This document shows positions 1 to 12,879 of a DNA stretch of 64,000 bases, in pieces. Position 1 is the stretch's first letter; each line of letters begins with the position of its first letter. The translations under genes and the position numbers were made by a program. Under the pieces are notes generated by a model that saw nothing but the letters and a program-made list of their open reading frames with translations, ran no database searches and was not told where the DNA came from. The DNA comes from Paramecium tetraurelia (Eukaryota): contig CT868066.1 in the NCBI GenBank assembly GCA_000165425.1, positions 1-64,000 on the forward strand, in the 5' to 3' direction.

Positions 1-1941
1 AGAAAACAGAAACATTAAATTTACGGTTGTCGAAATCCCAAAACCAAATTCTTAAAGTATTCAATAAATGTTTTTATAGGAGCTCTATTAAAATCGAATC
101 GTACGGCAAACAATAGGTCTATGGTATTCCGTCCAATGCTTAAGTATAAAGGTCATCTTTTAAACAATTATCATAATTTCCATTCTCAAAGCGAGTACTT
201 TTTTTGTTGAAATATATGCTCCTTAATGGATTTATATGACAATCTTATAATTTCCTTTCAAAATTCATTATTATTAATTTATTTGTCTTATGCAAATCTA
301 TTGGGTTACCTAGCTAAAAATTACAAAAAGTATAAGTATTAATTCACCTTTCATTTATGTATATTGATTATAAATTATAATAATTTTTGAAAATTGTTTT
401 CTACTTTATGTTTGATTACACAATAACTTTATAGAATTTATAGTTTATTATTCTAATAATGGTTTTCTTAAATTCAATATTTTTGTATTATGCTTCTTGA
501 GCAAACAGCTGGGTATCCAATTTATCCATCCCTTTCTTGTTATTAGATTTAAATGTTTAGATTTTGTGATCTAATTTTGGAGAATGGTTTAGTTAGGACA
601 TCAAATCCTCTCTCTCTTTTTATTATTATAAAAAAAATATTCATTAAAATTTATATCGATATCTTTAAGAGCTTATATTATAATTAAGAATCTCTATTAA
701 TAATACTTTTAGGATGAGTTTAGCTATATCTTTATCAAAAATAACAAAATCAATAGATCTATTATTTATCTAATAAATAATTTTCACCTCCTTATTATAA
801 TTCATATTCATCAACTCCTTCAGTATGCACTAGAAAATTTTAGACTGAAATAGTCTGACTTGGAGCAACAAAGTGGCACAATCAGATATGGCGTATATCT
901 ACAAGTTTATTGTTGAACATACGATAAGGGCGATCAATGAGGTAGGAGATAGGATAAATTGATTGTAAAATTATTATTCTAAGAAATAAAATCAAATGAA
1001 GATTACTGAGAATCAAAGACTATTTATATCTTAAAGCTGTTTTTATGTAGGTCTTTAACTAACATATATTATCAATTATTGATAATTTCATTAATATTAG
1101 AAAGTTTTCAATTTAAAAGCAGATTAACCTAGATTTGGGTCAAAAAAATTTTGACTTTTATAATCTTTATCTAAATTCAAAGGATGAATTAGTATATTTG
1201 TCAGCATTCAAAGTAGATTTTTAAGAATTAGAATATAGATGTATTAAAAAATTAAAATTAAAAGAAATTATATATCTCCTTAAATTCTCAGTCTAACAGC
1301 TGTTAGATAAATGAAATCAGAAATTATTCCTAACTATATCATCTCTTCTCTGCATCCCTTAAAAGTTAATCACCTTTATTAGCTTTGAACAGTAATTTAA
1401 AATAATTAGTGATATTAGAATATTAAGATTTAGAATAAATTTTCTCAAGTTTTATGCTATTAAAGTAATACAGTTTTTAATTGAAAACATCAAATTAAGC
1501 ATTTTGTATGAATAATAAATTTAAAACCTAAATTTTATTATTAAATTACTATTTTTATTTTGTAAATTATTATCAATTGAAAAATTATAAAAAGGGATCC
1601 TCTGATTTTTAACCTTATTGGTCTACAAAGAATTTTTAATTGGACAGTTGATAAAAGTAAAAATACAAATAAATTTATTAATTATAGAAATAATATACTT
1701 GTTAGGCTATTTTTTGATTCTTGAATTAAGAGTGATTCGGCTGTAAAATTTTGAGAACGTTAATTGCCCATTTTTTATCAGAGTTGTTTCCTTCTGCCAA
1801 ACCAAGATCTTAGTTCTTTATTTCTTTCTTATCTTAAATAAATTTTATTTTTTAATTGTAAATCTAAGGCATTACCCTAATCAAACCTTTCTTAAATTCA
1901 AATCCATAGGATTTGTTAGTAGTAATATAAAAAAAAATATT

Positions 1942-2650
1942 ATGATGTCACATCCAAAAATTGAATTACAGGCAAGTTATATTATGCTAATTTTAATCCA
2001 TAATCCATCGAAACAATTGCTTAACATGTGGAAAATTTGAAGATCATAATATCTATTAAGATTTCAATAATTTTTATCGAAAAATTATTGAACAAATTAA
2101 AGTTTTTTGGGAATTTAATTTAATTATTAGAAAATTCAACCAATTATTAAAACTACAAAAACTTTTGTTACAAATTAATGTAATTTATCACATGAACATC
2201 TTAAATTAAAATAATATCCAAAAAATGATTGTTTTTGAATATAAAATGAGACCTTAAATTTTTAGAATTCAAGTTGTATTTGAATTACCAATTAAATTTA
2301 AGACTAAATATTATAAGGTTTAGAAATTTAAGATAAATAGAAGCAACAGCAACCTCAATTATATTTATTTTTTTGTAAAGTAGACAATTTTATGCAAGCC
2401 AATCTATTCAGATATTCAGGTGATGTTCATTTCCAATAATAAAATTCAACATAAGAAAAATGCTTTTATTAAAAATGAATTAACAAATACTATGATACTT
2501 AAATAAGTGTTTCAAAGGAAAGCTGAAAAAGGCTTAGACTATACCTATTCAAAAGTAGTGTGGCATATATGATAATAAAAAATAATCTTATTAATATTTG
2601 CTTTAAATATGTTAAATGTTAAAGAGAGAAAAACAAACAAATAAGATATA
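1942..2650 (+). pseudogene. Heavily decayed gene remnant, possibly a paralog of the adjacent B-box/TPR gene
   Basis: Short protein-like fragments (NCLTCGKFEDHN, coiled-coil-like stretches) broken by frameshifts and TGA; no continuous frame. Confidence 0.25.
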
Positions 2651-3876
2651 GTACTAAATTACCAAATTTAAATACAACCTTATTTATGAACTACATATTT
2701 TAACACAATGAAATTTAAGATTTTGTATTTTTATGATATCCAGCATGATGTAAGATGAAAAGTAAACTTTTATATCCAATTAGGAATTGATTTATGAGAC
2801 TACATTATTTAAATTAGGATTTAAATTTTTGAAATATGGATAGAATTTACAAGATAAAATTTATATTAAGATAGTTCAAAGAATTGAAATCTAAACGTAA
2901 ATAAACATAATTTATATAAAATATAAAAAACTGATTTAATAAACTACTTTAAAGTTAAAATGTTAAGAGAATGACCATAAAGAATTTATTGACTTTGTTT
3001 GTTATCATTAATATTGTACATGCTTTCGATTAAATTGTTTTGAATGTTTTAAAAAGGGAATTCATTAAACTCATTTTGATGATGTAAAAAAAAATGAACA
3101 CCTTGTTTTATTTTATTGAAAGTAAAAATTAGGAGTGCGATAATTTGCTTAATAATCTTAGTAGATGTGTAGAAACTATGAATCAATCATTTTCATTTTT
3201 AAAAAGAGCAATTATAAATAAATATTCATTATCAAAAGAAAGATTAACTTAATTGGATTCTTGCTAAATCAATAATTATTTGAATTCAATCACTTAATTA
3301 ACTGAATATAAATAATCAATTTTAACAATAATTTAAGAATAGATTAAGAAATTAACTCATTCATTTGATAATTTACATGAATAATTAAAATTATAATCAT
3401 TAAATTATTATTAAATTGATAATGAAAATATTAAAATATCTGAAGATTTCCAAAGGTAATCAAATTATTATTAGATTAGGTTTTAAAGTATTTGTAGATT
3501 AAAAGTATAATGAGGCTATAGAATAATTAGATAATCAATATTAATAAATCCTCATAATTAGAAATCTTTATATAAAAGGGTGAAGATTATTGATATTAAT
3601 AGGCTAATGTTTAATGTTCTTAAATAAATGTTTAGATGCAATCTTTTGGTTAGATAAAGCTTTAACTATTAAACCTTAAAGTGTTACTTCATTATGTATT
3701 AAAGGTTAGCTACATGTCATTAATATATTAATAGGCTAATGTTTACGATTGTTAAATCAATATGAAGATGCAATCACTTAATTAGATAAAGCTTTAATTA
3801 TTGATCCTAAACATGTAGCTTCCTTAGGGGAAAAAGGTTGAATTTATTATCATTATTATATTAACAGGGTCATGTT

Positions 3877-3906
3877 TATAGATGTTTTATTGATTAAATT
3901 ATCATA
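3877..3906. mobile_element. Putative retained internal eliminated sequence (IES), 28 bp counting one TA
   Basis: TA-bounded; left end TATAGATG resembles the TAYAGYNR consensus; removal leaving one TA restores GSCLRFLNKYEDA, collinear with the neighbouring repeat GQCLRLLNQYEDA. Confidence 0.55.
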
Positions 3907-4037
3907 AGATTTTTAAATAAATATGAAGATGCAATCCGTTGGTTAGACAAAGCTTTAACTATAGATCCTAAATATATCGTTTCCTTAAGCGAAAAAGGTT
4001 GGATTCATTATTATTAATATATTATCAGGAGAATGTT

Positions 4038-4066
4038 TAGAAAGTTTTATTGATTAAATCGTAATA
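4038..4066. mobile_element. Putative retained IES, 27 bp, homologous to the 3877-3906 insert
   Basis: TA-bounded, shares the core gttttattgattaaat, sits at the same position in the next TPR repeat; removal gives GECLILINKYENA; no terminal AG, so it cannot be an intron. Confidence 0.55.
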
Positions 4067-5962
4067 ATATTGATAAATAAATATGAAAACGCAACCACAT
4101 GGTTGGACAAAGCTTTGGCTATTAATGCCTAAACATGTTGGTTCGTTATATAATAAAGGTAGATTTATAATGAACATATTCATAGGCTAATGTTTAAGGT
4201 TAATGAAGAAAATATGATGAGTCTATTTAAATTCATGAATTAAGCTTTATCCATCAATGGCAATCATAAATTTAGTCTTGATTGTAGCGGTATATGTATT
4301 CAATTATATTAAGGGAACTGTTTATAAGATTAGCAGAAATATTAAGAAGCATTGATATATTATGACCGATCATTAAAGATTTAACAAAATGATTAATAGA
4401 TATAACACTAAAAAGGTATTCTTATTTGCTCATTTAGATTTATGTTTAATGACATTGTAATAATAATGAATATCAAAATAATAAATTTCATAATATAGTT
4501 CTATAAAAATAAAAGCTTTTATCATCAAAATCATTCATTTCTTATTGCTTTTAATACTCCCCCCTTTAATTTGCAAAAGAAAATGATCAATTCTATTAAC
4601 TTATAACCAAAAAAGATAACAATATTTCTTATTCTAAAAAGAGACTAGACTAAACCAAACATAAATTAATAGTTTTATGAATTTAATTTTTCAAGCACTT
4701 TAAAAAAAGTCTAAAGTAATAGGCATTTATCCTGACATAAATCTTTATATATAGAGTATTTGTTGAAATTTAATCTTCTTTAGATGATTATATAAACAAA
4801 AAATTGAATAACTCATTGAATAACAATAAAAACTAAAAATTGTGAGAATAATGATATTAAATAAAGGAGACACAAATTATAAAATACTCCATCAAATTGA
4901 TTACTTAAATTAGAGCAATTTACAATATTTTGGATCTAACATAATTTTGATGACTAAGTTTTGGATATTCTTTATTGAGTCTTTTTACTATTACATTAAT
5001 CAAAAATATCTACAGTTGACATAAACTTCTTAAAAAATTCTAATTTTAGAGAGAATCAATCCCTAAAATCCAAAATACAACTGCTGAGGATTGAATTTTA
5101 TTCATTTCTGTCTGATATTGAAGAGTTAATATAAAGGTGGCATAATATAGATTCGGACGTGAATCTATTCATTAAACTAAATAATTTTAGATTTTCATAA
5201 ACAGCAAATTAATAATGTTATAGGGACTAATTCCTGCCTAAAGTGGATTTGGAGCTTGAGAAATTATAATCTTCTTTACCGCACTATAAAATGCAAAGTG
5301 AAATTTAAGGTATAATTAAATCTAATCTAATAAATCAGGTATCGTTTGGGAAATAGGAGTATTTCGAGATGAGTGTTACTAAATGAATTTCTACAACTTA
5401 AACTATTCAAAAAAAATATTAACTAGAAGATGCTATAAAGGATCAAAGAACTTCAACCTGTAGGAAAATTCTTATAGGTTCAAGAAACTGGCATCTTCCA
5501 AATTAATACCCCATTTTATACTCCCCATTGTGAAATTATAAAAACAAAAGATGTTTCGAAATCTAATAATAATTTCTGCTCAATCAGTCAAAAATTTAGT
5601 TTAAGTATCAATACCTATCTCTTAGGTTTCTTAGGTAGACATAGCGTTGGTGGATATGATGACCAAGTTGACTTGGGAATTCAAAAAAGACTACTTGTAA
5701 GAGAATGTGTCTTAAAAATGTGAAGGAGCGCATATCTGAAAACCCAGAACATACCACAAAGGAAAAAAAATATGTTTTTATCGCAAATAATAATAATTTA
5801 CGTTTGATTTAGATATAAATAATTTAGGCTTTAAAAACTCAATATAATGGTAAGTTTTTATTTATATCACCTCAGTAATCTAATAAGAACAAAAAGAAGT
5901 TTAAGTCAATCTCCTGTATAGATTTCCAATCTCAGTTATGCATTTTGAAAAATGAATAATAA

Positions 5963-6930
5963 TCAAATAAAATTGAAATGAACTGCTGAACACAGAAAAT
6001 CAAGGGTCGAATGGGTCAGCTTCATATTTAATTAATGCATGTATTCAACTCAAGTAAAAAGATTGAGACAATAAAAAATAAGAAAGATTATTATAGAATT
6101 CTTTAGATTATTTCAATGTTCGATAATGTAAAAAATTGGTAATTATAATATTTAATCTTCATTTTTGCCTTATAGCACAATTAAATAGGAATTTTTGCCC
6201 CTTGCAAAGTGGGCGGAGAACAAATCAAGATTTAGATTATTAGTTAAATTTGATTTCCTAGTAAATATAAATAAATAATAATTTTTGATGAGATTTAGAA
6301 TAAATGGTGAAAAAAAAATTGATTGGGAAGTTATATTAAAAAAGTATTTGATTTTGTGAATATGGGATTATATTGATTTGATTAAATTAAAGTAGTAAAA
6401 TGGAGATGGGAGTATGGGAGTGAGAGGGGATATATTTGAGAGGGTTTAAGATAGTAAAAAGGTTATTGTATGNNNNNNNNNNNNNNNNNNNNNNNNNNNN
6501 NNNNNNNNNNNNNNNNNNNNNNNNNNNNNNNNNNNNNNNNNNNNNNNNNNNNNNNNNNNNNNNNNNNNNNNNNNNNNNNNNNNNNNNNNNNNNNNNNNNN
6601 NNNNNNNNNNNNNNNNNNNNNNAGGTGTAAATATAACTAAATCATAATTTTTGATGAGATTTCGCATCACTTGGTGACCCAAAAATTGATTGGAAGTTCT
6701 CTTACCAAAGTTTTTGATTTTGTGCCTCTGGGCTTCTATTGCTTTGCTAACCTTCAAGTCGTCCACTGGAGCTGGAAGTATGGGAGTGAGAAAATCTCTC
6801 TTTGCAAGAATTTCAAATCGAACCAAGGTTCTTGTCTGAAGGCATGTTAAGATTTGATAGTATATCATAAGCGATTGAATATCCTATCCTGAAACATCCA
6901 TTCCTAAGAATCTCTAGAACTTTATATTAT
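5963..6930 (-). CDS. Hypothetical protein spanning the (probably false) assembly gap; 5' end not resolved
   Basis: Frame ...KRDFLTPILPAPVDDLKVSKAIEAQRHKIKNF...NYDLVIF continues as TRKSNLTNNLNLDLFSAHFARGKNSYLIVLQGK... once the duplicated flanks are merged. Confidence 0.35.
6473..6622. other. Assembly gap (150 N)
   Basis: Run of N; flanks 6261-6472 and 6627-6838 are two versions of the same sequence. Confidence 0.95.
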
Positions 6931-9900
6931 CATTGTGATTTCAAGATTATGATTTCTTTTTTATTGTTGTATATAGCCTAAGATTAAATCAAAGGTAACT
7001 TTGGAAACCTTGTAATATTGCACTGCTATTATTTGTTGGTATCTATTAATTAAGAAATTTCCAAATTCATATTATATTCTGATCCCATTTAAGACTATGA
7101 ATAGAAATAAGGATGGAAATAAATAGACAACATTTATTATTTGATGATCAATAGAAATATAAAATAGAATTCAGGAATTTTATAGAATGAATTCTCTAAC
7201 TTTTCTGATCGTCACCCTCTTTCCATACCCTTCACTATTCCATAAATTTATCATAATATCTAGTTACTAATAGTTACTTGAATTTTTTGGTGATCAAACT
7301 TTAGAATAAGGTGCATTGATGTAAAGTGCCAATATTCCTATTTTTTTGAATCTCGTATATTGAATACATGTTGCTGCTAATCTCTAAACAGTAAAAGAAT
7401 TATAAGACATTGCTCACTCGAAGCCTAATAAGAGAGAAGGATTTATTATGAATTTAATTTACAATTAAGAAGGAAATTTAATTTGTTGTCGCAAACAAAT
7501 ATATTTATTGATACGAACCAAGAAAACTATATTTTAAGAATTAATCAAGCTTAGCAATTTAACAATTTTTCTCGAATAAGCTGGGGCTTTTGAGATTAAC
7601 TATGGATAATTTATTAAATTGCATATTCATTAGAAGGATTGATCCCCATCAGGAGTCAATTTAGACCAATTTAAGTTATTAGTCATTTCATCAAACTATT
7701 TGAGACATCTTTCTAACCGATAGATCTTAAGGGGTAGGATTAATCCTTTACAAATAAGCTGAGTTTCCTACTTTTGATGTTCTAAATATATATCTAAGAT
7801 TACCTTAGAGCTTAAGAACATGACCAAAGACCTTAATAAAGGTAGAGTCTGGGCGCTCATGGATTTATCAAATGCCAAAAATAGGCTATTTTCAAATTTC
7901 TTTGATACTACAAGAAATATTCAATCTTCTTCAATGAAAATGAATCATATGCCCTTCTATGGGTTTATGAGTAATTATACATCTCTGATCCAATCAAATG
8001 AGTAAAACGTACCTTCTCAATGAAATCTATTAGGGCTTCCTCCTATTTGGTATTTATTTTGATTAACTCATCATTTATTATTAAGAGAATTAGATATAAG
8101 ATGTTGAAACCATAGAAGTTACTACTAATTAAATCCTACTATAGGCAACCAAATCTGTAGTTATGTTAATGATGTGTTATCACCATTTTTGAATTTGTAC
8201 AGGTTGAATTACTAGGTAATTTGTTGAATCTTGTAAAAATATAATGCTTATTAAGTTACCATTAAAATATCCAACTACATCTTTAACAAGAGTTTAGTAC
8301 ACTCAGAATTTAATGACCTGAGTATTACATAAAGTTTAATATTTTTAATTTTTGGAGTTTTTAATTTCTATTGGAGAAAAATTTAATTAACATAAAAAAA
8401 ATTTTTAAAGTAAAATCAAAATTTTATGTGATCAGGTTAAAAACTTCAGTCATATATTAAATTTTAACATACGACTTAACTCTGGCAATCATACACTATA
8501 CCGATTATGTGCTGCATTGATGAAAAACTATAAATCGATAAGAGGAGGCTGCTCTATAGTTGGAAGAAGATCAAATGAAGTCCACGCTTAGAGAATTCAG
8601 CAGCTAACTCTATTGCAGATGGTCTATGGAGATAATTTGGTCTTCAACCCCGCCTCCTTAAATAAGTAAAAGCAGCTTTAAATTAAAAGGTATTCCCTTT
8701 CTGCAGAATCTTTACAGATTAGTCAACTAAGATGAATTAATCACAATTTTTCATACTTAATGAAGTACCTTCAAAGTTTTAGTTACCTTGAAAGGTATAA
8801 CCACAGTTCAAAAGTATGTAGCGAATTAAGTTGTTAGTCTATTGAGCTCGTTGAAAATTACTGTACCACATTTATTTAGCCTGCGTTATCATAATGATTC
8901 TGTTATTAAGATTAGAAATATCTTGGTGATTTATGCTTCGACTGTTACAGATTAAATAAAATCTTTAATGGTATTAATTATCGAAAGGCCACTAGGTACC
9001 ATAAGGGAATCATTCTGGTTTATGATATATTTGTTAAAAATTTAATTTTAATGTTTCCTAGTAATGTATTGTAGTAAAACCAGAGCGGCCTTATATCAAG
9101 TAGTGAAAGATGGAAGTCTACGTTCTGGTATAAAATTTTGATTCTCTAAAAATCAGATTTTTGAAACCTGAAATTTCTATCTTAGGCAAAAGGAAACTAT
9201 GATAAGGAAATTGGAAAATTGATTGACAAATCTTCCCAACTTTAGTTGATGATATCACCCCTCTGTTAATATATAGCGTTTACTTTAGGAAGGATGAGAA
9301 GGGTATTGGCAATATTTACTTAACTAATGCAAGGTAGATGTTTTGTACTATTCAATATAAACAAAAATTTTATGATTCCAACTTAAGGTATATTATATGT
9401 GATTTATCATGAAGATTGATTTAATTCAACTTTCATGCATCCAGAATACTTTTTGATATCTTTTAAAGTTAGAGTTCTTCCCTACTGAATTGGTTACATT
9501 TTTGAATTTATTTAATTAACCAACAATTTGGATGCTTTACCCCATATTCTCATCCTATTTAAAAATGATATCCAAAAATTAAAACAAAATTTAAAATTAC
9601 TATACTCATCAGAAATAAGTCAGCTCCTCTTTGTTATCCATCTTAAATAGCAATTATTCTTTATTATTTCTTCATTTTTTGATCTATTGGAGAAAAATTA
9701 TCAAATTTATTTAATAATCTTACTTTAAAGTTAGCCAAATCTGTAATTCATTGATTTTCTTCTTATATTAATTCTATAATCTTCAATAAAGTGAGTATTA
9801 ATCAGATGAATGTTGATGAAAAAAAATTCAATAGAAAAAATTTGTCTTATTTATTCAATCTATTTCTCTTTCGTTTTATAAGGAATAACTAGTAATTTCT

Positions 9901-11019
9901 TACTTTTTACACTTGATTGATCTTCATGACAAATACTATTTTAATTTGACTAATTTGAATTCAAAGATATTCTAGTATTTATTCAGCGTATTAACTTAAG
10001 GATTTCTTAATTTAATCAATAGATTGAATACAAAAATTTTAAGTCCATACTTTTTAAGAGGAATGTTAGAATTTCTACTTATTGGAAGAATAGTAACCAT
10101 AGGAGGTGATATATCAAAAGTCCTAATTCAATTTTGTTTTTTATCTTAACCGATATCAGAGGCAAACATCATATCATTCCTTACGCCTCAACTTTCTATT
10201 CTTAATAAGAATAAAGGCTTATAATAAGTAATTAATTTACTTTCTACTTTTCTGTAAAAGGTCACACCCTGAATCTATGTTAGCTAAAAAGTAAGCCTTT
10301 ATATTTAGTCTAAGGAAAATTATTTATTTAATTTTATGGAGCAGATTGTTTATAGATAGTTCTAAACATGGTGAATTTTAACTGATCTTAAGCTAATTCT
10401 TAAGTTCTAAGAATATCTCAATTCTTCTATTTTTGATCACACAATACAAGGAATAATGTTTCTCAATCTCTTTTAAATTATCCTTTGATAATATTTCCAT
10501 TAGAGTTTAACGAATAATCCAAGATAATTTTTAATTCAAAATACATCAACAATATAAGGTAATAATATTTCATTGCTATAAACGAATCATTAACAGAAAC
10601 TCTTTAGCCATCATCTACCGTATTAACTTTATCAGAATCCATCTATATCTTAATTATTTTCAAGGCTTATTCTTTATTTCTATGAAGAACCTATCTTTAA
10701 AAATCAAACCAGAATATTATTCTTCATAATTGTTTTCAACTCTTAAATATTTCTATAGATACTGAATTAAAACTAATAAAAATTTGATTATTGAGTTTTC
10801 CCTATTAAAATTATCTTTTTGTAATCCTCATCTACACCGCTTATTTTATAATTTTATCCTTCAGTTATATTGACCCTAAAAAACATTAACCAAAATGATT
10901 ATATTTATATCGAACCATTCTATTTTATCATTTGAATTTTCCTTTCCAGATATCTTTTAATAAAAGCCTAGCAATTATTAATATTGCTTTGAAATAATGT
11001 GCTATCAGATATCATACAA

Positions 11020-11330
11020 TAGAAATTATCCCCCATTTTTGATGAATTACACCTAAGTTAAATTACTATTTCACCACTGTTAATGTAAAATGAACAATTT
11101 TGAGTATAAAGTTGGATTGCTTTATTTGAATCGTCTAATGCACTTTCTATCTCACTCATTTCTTAATAAATTACACATAAATTGGATTTAATATGTCACT
11201 TCTTTTAATTTAAACTTCAGATTTTTCAGGATCAACTTTTATTGCCTAATTGAAATCAAACAATGCTTTTTCTTTCTCTCCCATTTTTTAATATATTACA
11301 CCAAAATTAGATTTATGATTTACCACTGCT
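11020..11330 (-). pseudogene. TPR-repeat gene fragment
   Basis: NFGVIYQKMGEKEKALFDFNQAIKVDPEKSE... and YQEMSEIESALDDSNKAIQLY..., separated by intron-like stretches; flanking frames are broken. Confidence 0.55.
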
Positions 11331-12879
11331 GAAATAAGGAAAAGATATGAGACTATCCTTGGAATCAAAATGAGTTATTTCGCTTTAATTCTTCATATAC
11401 ATTTCATAACAAATTAAGAAGTCATAACTTGAATAGAGGAGGAGGAATGACGGTTTGGATGCATAAGCAATTCTTTTCAAAAATATCTCAAATTTATTTC
11501 ATAAGGTTCATGAGTTATTATAATGCTTACAAATCCAAGTAACAGGTTAATAACTAGAGGTGTTTATACTAAATAAATACTTCCCTTTAGAATAGTATTA
11601 TAAAATATCAAAAAAAGTACGAGAAAATTGTATACAATAACTGATGTCAGCAATACCAAAAGCATTACTTATGATGCACGAAGATATAAATCATCCAATA
11701 AACTAAATGTCTTTCATGAAGGATGTTATTTCAATATAATAATACACCTTTAAAAGGATTATTGAATAATAAGAAGTTAAGAGCAAAAGCGACTCTATGC
11801 TGGTAAATTAAAATTTGTCAGCTCATCATAGTGTATATGAGACTTACTACTCAGATCACCTAATTTTAGTGGCAAAATCTAACTACAGAAGTCACATTTA
11901 TCAGCTAAACAATATTAGATTTATCCAATTAAATAAAATATATACCTTTTAAACTCTCTAAGAAACTAAATAAATCGTTTAAAAAGTATTATTTAGAGAT
12001 ATAATAGAAAACTATCTAAATTCAATGTTTTTAAAGAAGAGCATAAACACTAAAAAAGCATAAATTAAAATTATAGCCAACCAATAAATAGCATTCTACG
12101 TATATAATTAATCAGAAACAGCCTTCAAATCATTCAATAGACTCTTAATTATGAACCCTTCCAAGAGAGATGGTGGTATCATGAACTGTTTCATAGATGG
12201 TGAATCACTTATAAGCTGTAATAAATAAATTCTTTAGAATTGCCTTTAATAGCTTGCCATAGTTTAAGAGATATAAACATATTCTCCACTACAACTACAT
12301 AAATTAAATCCGATATCAATTTTAGAATTTTAATTCAAGAAATAAAGAATATCATAAAATAAAGGGTGAACATTTGATCTAATATCTAATAAATGGATTA
12401 AAAAAAGGAATTTATGAAGTGCCCTTTGATTTATGGTCTTAAGAAACTGCTGATTTAATATTGAATTTTTAAGAAAATTGTCTGGTTGAATAGCCTATAC
12501 AATTTTGCCACCACACGGTAAGGAATTAAAAAGATCAAATTACAAATTCCATGAAAGTTTTAAACCACTATGGTCTCCTTCTCTATGTATGCCCACCAGG
12601 GTTTCACCTTTAAATGTTCAATCTTTTAAATGTTTATTCCCTATTGAATCTATTTGTGATTTTCAAGGATAGTTGCAGCTTGTTAGTAATTATCCTGTGC
12701 CACCTCATAAACTTTTGCCTTTTTACAAGTTTAAGCTAGCCAGGTATCCCTTCAAATCGTAGTTCAGGAAGGAGTTATACCTTTCCTTTTTATCTCTTGA
12801 TACTGTTTTATTGGTTGGGAAAAGATACTATTATGAAAATTAATCCTTCAATATTATACATCGCAAGGTTTGATATTTA

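Larger units (their letters stand above)
2931..4469 (+). pseudogene. B-box-like zinc finger + coiled-coil + TPR-repeat gene, disrupted
   Basis: Ciliate-code translation gives KCQENDHKEFIDFVCYHQYCTCFRLNCFECFKKGIHQTH, a coiled coil, then ~34-aa TPR exons (e.g. GQCLRLLNQYEDAITQLDKALIIDPKHVASLGEK) separated by phase-1 introns. CTG sits at the expected start; +1 frameshifts near 3090, 4128 and 4210-4230. Confidence 0.7.

Noticed and set aside
500..1000. Possible retroelement remnant (minus-strand GFDVLTK resembling a copia RNase H end)
   Set aside because: A single weak motif, with no RT, integrase, LTR or terminal inverted repeat visible.
3590..4200. CRISPR-like repeat-spacer array
   Set aside because: The periodicity comes from TPR exon-intron units in a eukaryotic gene.
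6261..6472. Tandem duplication with targeted C-to-A hypermutation
   Set aside because: It lies at a contig end next to Ns and the merged sequence restores a reading frame; a base-calling artefact is far simpler.
7300..9400. Intact genes on the + strand, including track ORF 7820-8005
   Set aside because: Protein-like fragments change frame or hit TGA without usable introns, and I could not assign a family; left as unresolved decayed sequence.
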